A stretch of DNA of 56,019 bases, taken from IMG/VR virus record IMGVR_UViG_3300036402_000107, positions 1 to 56,019 of that record; one strand, 5' to 3'. Source of the stretch: a virus (taxonomy: Duplodnaviria > Caudoviricetes). The position numbers and the translations under genes were made by a program. This document shows, piece by piece, positions 54,283-56,019 of this stretch (position 1 is the stretch's first letter; each line of letters begins with the position of its first letter). The notes beneath the pieces were generated by a model. It made no database searches, was not told the origin of the DNA, and saw only the letters and a program-made list of their open reading frames with translations.

Positions 54283-55843
54283 AGAACAACGGGCAGCGAG
54301 CGAGGAGATGGCGGACGCGGCGTGGCTCGCCACCCCCGCCGCGATGGCCCGCTACCTCACCTCGCAACGCTGCACCGGATGCGTGAACGGGAGCACCGAC
54401 CCCCATGAACACCGCTGTTGGCAGTGGCCGCATCACCTCGACGTGCTCTCGCTGTACCTCGCCGAGGTTGCGGCAGGCACCATTCCGCGTCTGCTGGTGC
54501 ACGCTCCGCCCCGTCATGGAAAGTCTGAACTCATCAGCAGACGCTTCCCGCTCTGGTTCCTTGAGTGGCAGCAGCATCAGCGAGTCATCCTCTGCTCCTA
54601 CCAAGCAAAGATCGCGAGCCGCTGGGGACGCCGAGTCCGCAACGACATAGTCGAGTTCGAGGACGACCTCACCGTCCGCATCGCTCAGGACTCCTCCGCC
54701 GCCGACGACTGGAGCACCACCGAGGGCGGGGGCATGAAGACGGCGGGCGTCGGTGGCCCGATCACCGGCGAGGGTGCCAACGTCCTGATCGTGGACGACC
54801 CCTACAAGAACTGGGAGCAAGCGGCGTCGCAGGTCTACCGCGACACGCTCTGGGATTGGTGGGTCACCACCGCCATGACCCGCCTTGAGCCTAAGGCTGG
54901 CGTCGTGCTCGACATGACGAAGTGGCACAGCGACGACCTCTCGAGCCGGATCATCGAGAACGAGGAGGACGAAGAGGACTGGGTCGTGCTCAGCATGCCT
55001 GCGATCGCCGAAGAGAACGACCAGCTGGGGCGGAAGGTCGGCGAGCCGCTGTGGAAGGAACGCTACGACGTGCCCGACCTGCAGAAGATCATGGGACGCA
55101 GCCACTATACGTGGCACTCGCTCTACCAGCAGCGTCCCCCCGACCTCACCGGCAAGCGAGTCTACGGCGAGTACACCGGCAGGAACCTCGACGAGATCGA
55201 GCTTACGGACGAGCTGCCCCTTGACCTCTCGATCGACTTCAACATAGACCCGGGCATGCACGGCGTCCTAGGTCAGCACGATACAGACCTCGACCTCCTG
55301 ACCGCCCGTCACGTCATCCACGAGCGGGACATGAACGTGCGGCAGATGATCGACGCGATGGCCAAGCTCATCCGAACCCGGTACCGCAAGTTCCGCTGGC
55401 CGACCTTGCGGGTCTTCGGCGACGCTTCCGGGCGTGGACGCTGGGAGGGCACCGGGGAGTCGGCTTGGCAGATCGTCAAGCAGAAGCTCGAGGAGCACAA
55501 GATCCCGCACCGCTTCCTGCTCCGGGCCAACAACCCGCCCGTCGCCGATCGCGTGGAGGCGATGAACGCGGCACTCTGCGACGTGCTCGGCAAGGTGCAC
55601 TACCTGATCCACCCCGACTGCGTCCCGCTGATCGAGGACTTCACGAAGCTGAAGTGGGAGAACGGCGAGATCGGCAAGAAGGACAGGAAGCGAAGCCATC
55701 CCTCCGACGCTGAAGGGTACAGAATCCACCGTGTTCGCCCGATCTACAAGCTTCGCCAGACGATAGGCAAGGTGGGATCGGCGGACGGCACCGGACTCGC
55801 AGCGGTTGGTGCTCACGTGAAAACGACACTGTACAGGAGATGA
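54266..55843 (+). CDS. terL: Terminase large subunit
   Basis: 'PPRHGKSE', 'ITGEGANVLIVDDPYK', 'TKWH.DDL', 'LYQQRP', 'IDFNIDP', 'SHPSDA.GY'. Confidence 0.92.
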   Translation: MPRITKEQRAASEEMADAAWLATPAAMARYLTSQRCTGCVNGSTDPHEHRCWQWPHHLDVLSLYLAEVAAGTIPRLLVHAPPRHGKSELISRRFPLWFLEWQQHQRVILCSYQAKIASRWGRRVRNDIVEFEDDLTVRIAQDSSAADDWSTTEGGGMKTAGVGGPITGEGANVLIVDDPYKNWEQAASQVYRDTLWDWWVTTAMTRLEPKAGVVLDMTKWHSDDLSSRIIENEEDEEDWVVLSMPAIAEENDQLGRKVGEPLWKERYDVPDLQKIMGRSHYTWHSLYQQRPPDLTGKRVYGEYTGRNLDEIELTDELPLDLSIDFNIDPGMHGVLGQHDTDLDLLTARHVIHERDMNVRQMIDAMAKLIRTRYRKFRWPTLRVFGDASGRGRWEGTGESAWQIVKQKLEEHKIPHRFLLRANNPPVADRVEAMNAALCDVLGKVHYLIHPDCVPLIEDFTKLKWENGEIGKKDRKRSHPSDAEGYRIHRVRPIYKLRQTIGKVGSADGTGLAAVGAHVKTTLYRR

Positions 55844-55845
55844 CG

Positions 55846-56019
55846 ATGGCAGAAGCAGCAACGCCCCCTCCCATGGGCAGCAAGACCGGCCCGCAGTCGG
55901 GCAGGAACGGCAACAGGCTCGGTGCCCTAGGGGTTCCGATCGCCTACTTCGGCGGAGACACGGCGGCGACGCCCGGGAAGCGGACGCGTAAGCTCCTCTA
56001 CGGCCAATCGTTCGGCAAC
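55846..56019 (+). CDS. N-terminus of the portal protein (runs off the window)
   Basis: AGGAG SD, ATG 55846, open to the end of the window. Confidence 0.65.
   Translation, partial: MAEAATPPPMGSKTGPQSGRNGNRLGALGVPIAYFGGDTAATPGKRTRKLLYGQSFGN

Noticed and set aside
1-56019. Integrase/att site, tRNA genes, reverse transcriptase or DGR
   Set aside because: No recombinase, cloverleaf or YxDD-type RT motifs recognised by eye; tRNAscan and HMM searches are needed to exclude them fully.

Overview
The window is a near-complete, circularly permuted genome of a high-GC tailed phage (siphovirus-like), opened inside the portal gene. All but two of the genes I call are on the + strand, and I see no integrase. 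Gene order: portal; MuF minor head protein fused to ADP-ribosyltransferase and GNAT-like domains; protease/scaffold; decoration; capsid; tail and GTA/lambda-like tail tip (1-18.4 kb); an early region with strong sigma70 promoters (18.9-25 kb); replication and nucleotide metabolism (PolA with a UDG-like N-terminus, SSB, PurZ, NMP kinase, dUTPase-like, helicase, primase); accessory, fibre and membrane genes; terminase. Two things stand out. (1) A four-times repeated early expression cassette: palindromic TTATAAA-N11-TTTATAA box, sigma70 promoter, covarying two-hairpin leader, gene A, type II hammerhead ribozyme with a conserved anti-SD-like tail, gene B. (2) A PurZ (2-aminoadenine, Z-genome) pathway with no recognisable DatZ/MazZ, in a genome that appears purged of GCGC and CCWGG. 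All calls come from reading motifs by eye; no database searches or counts were run.
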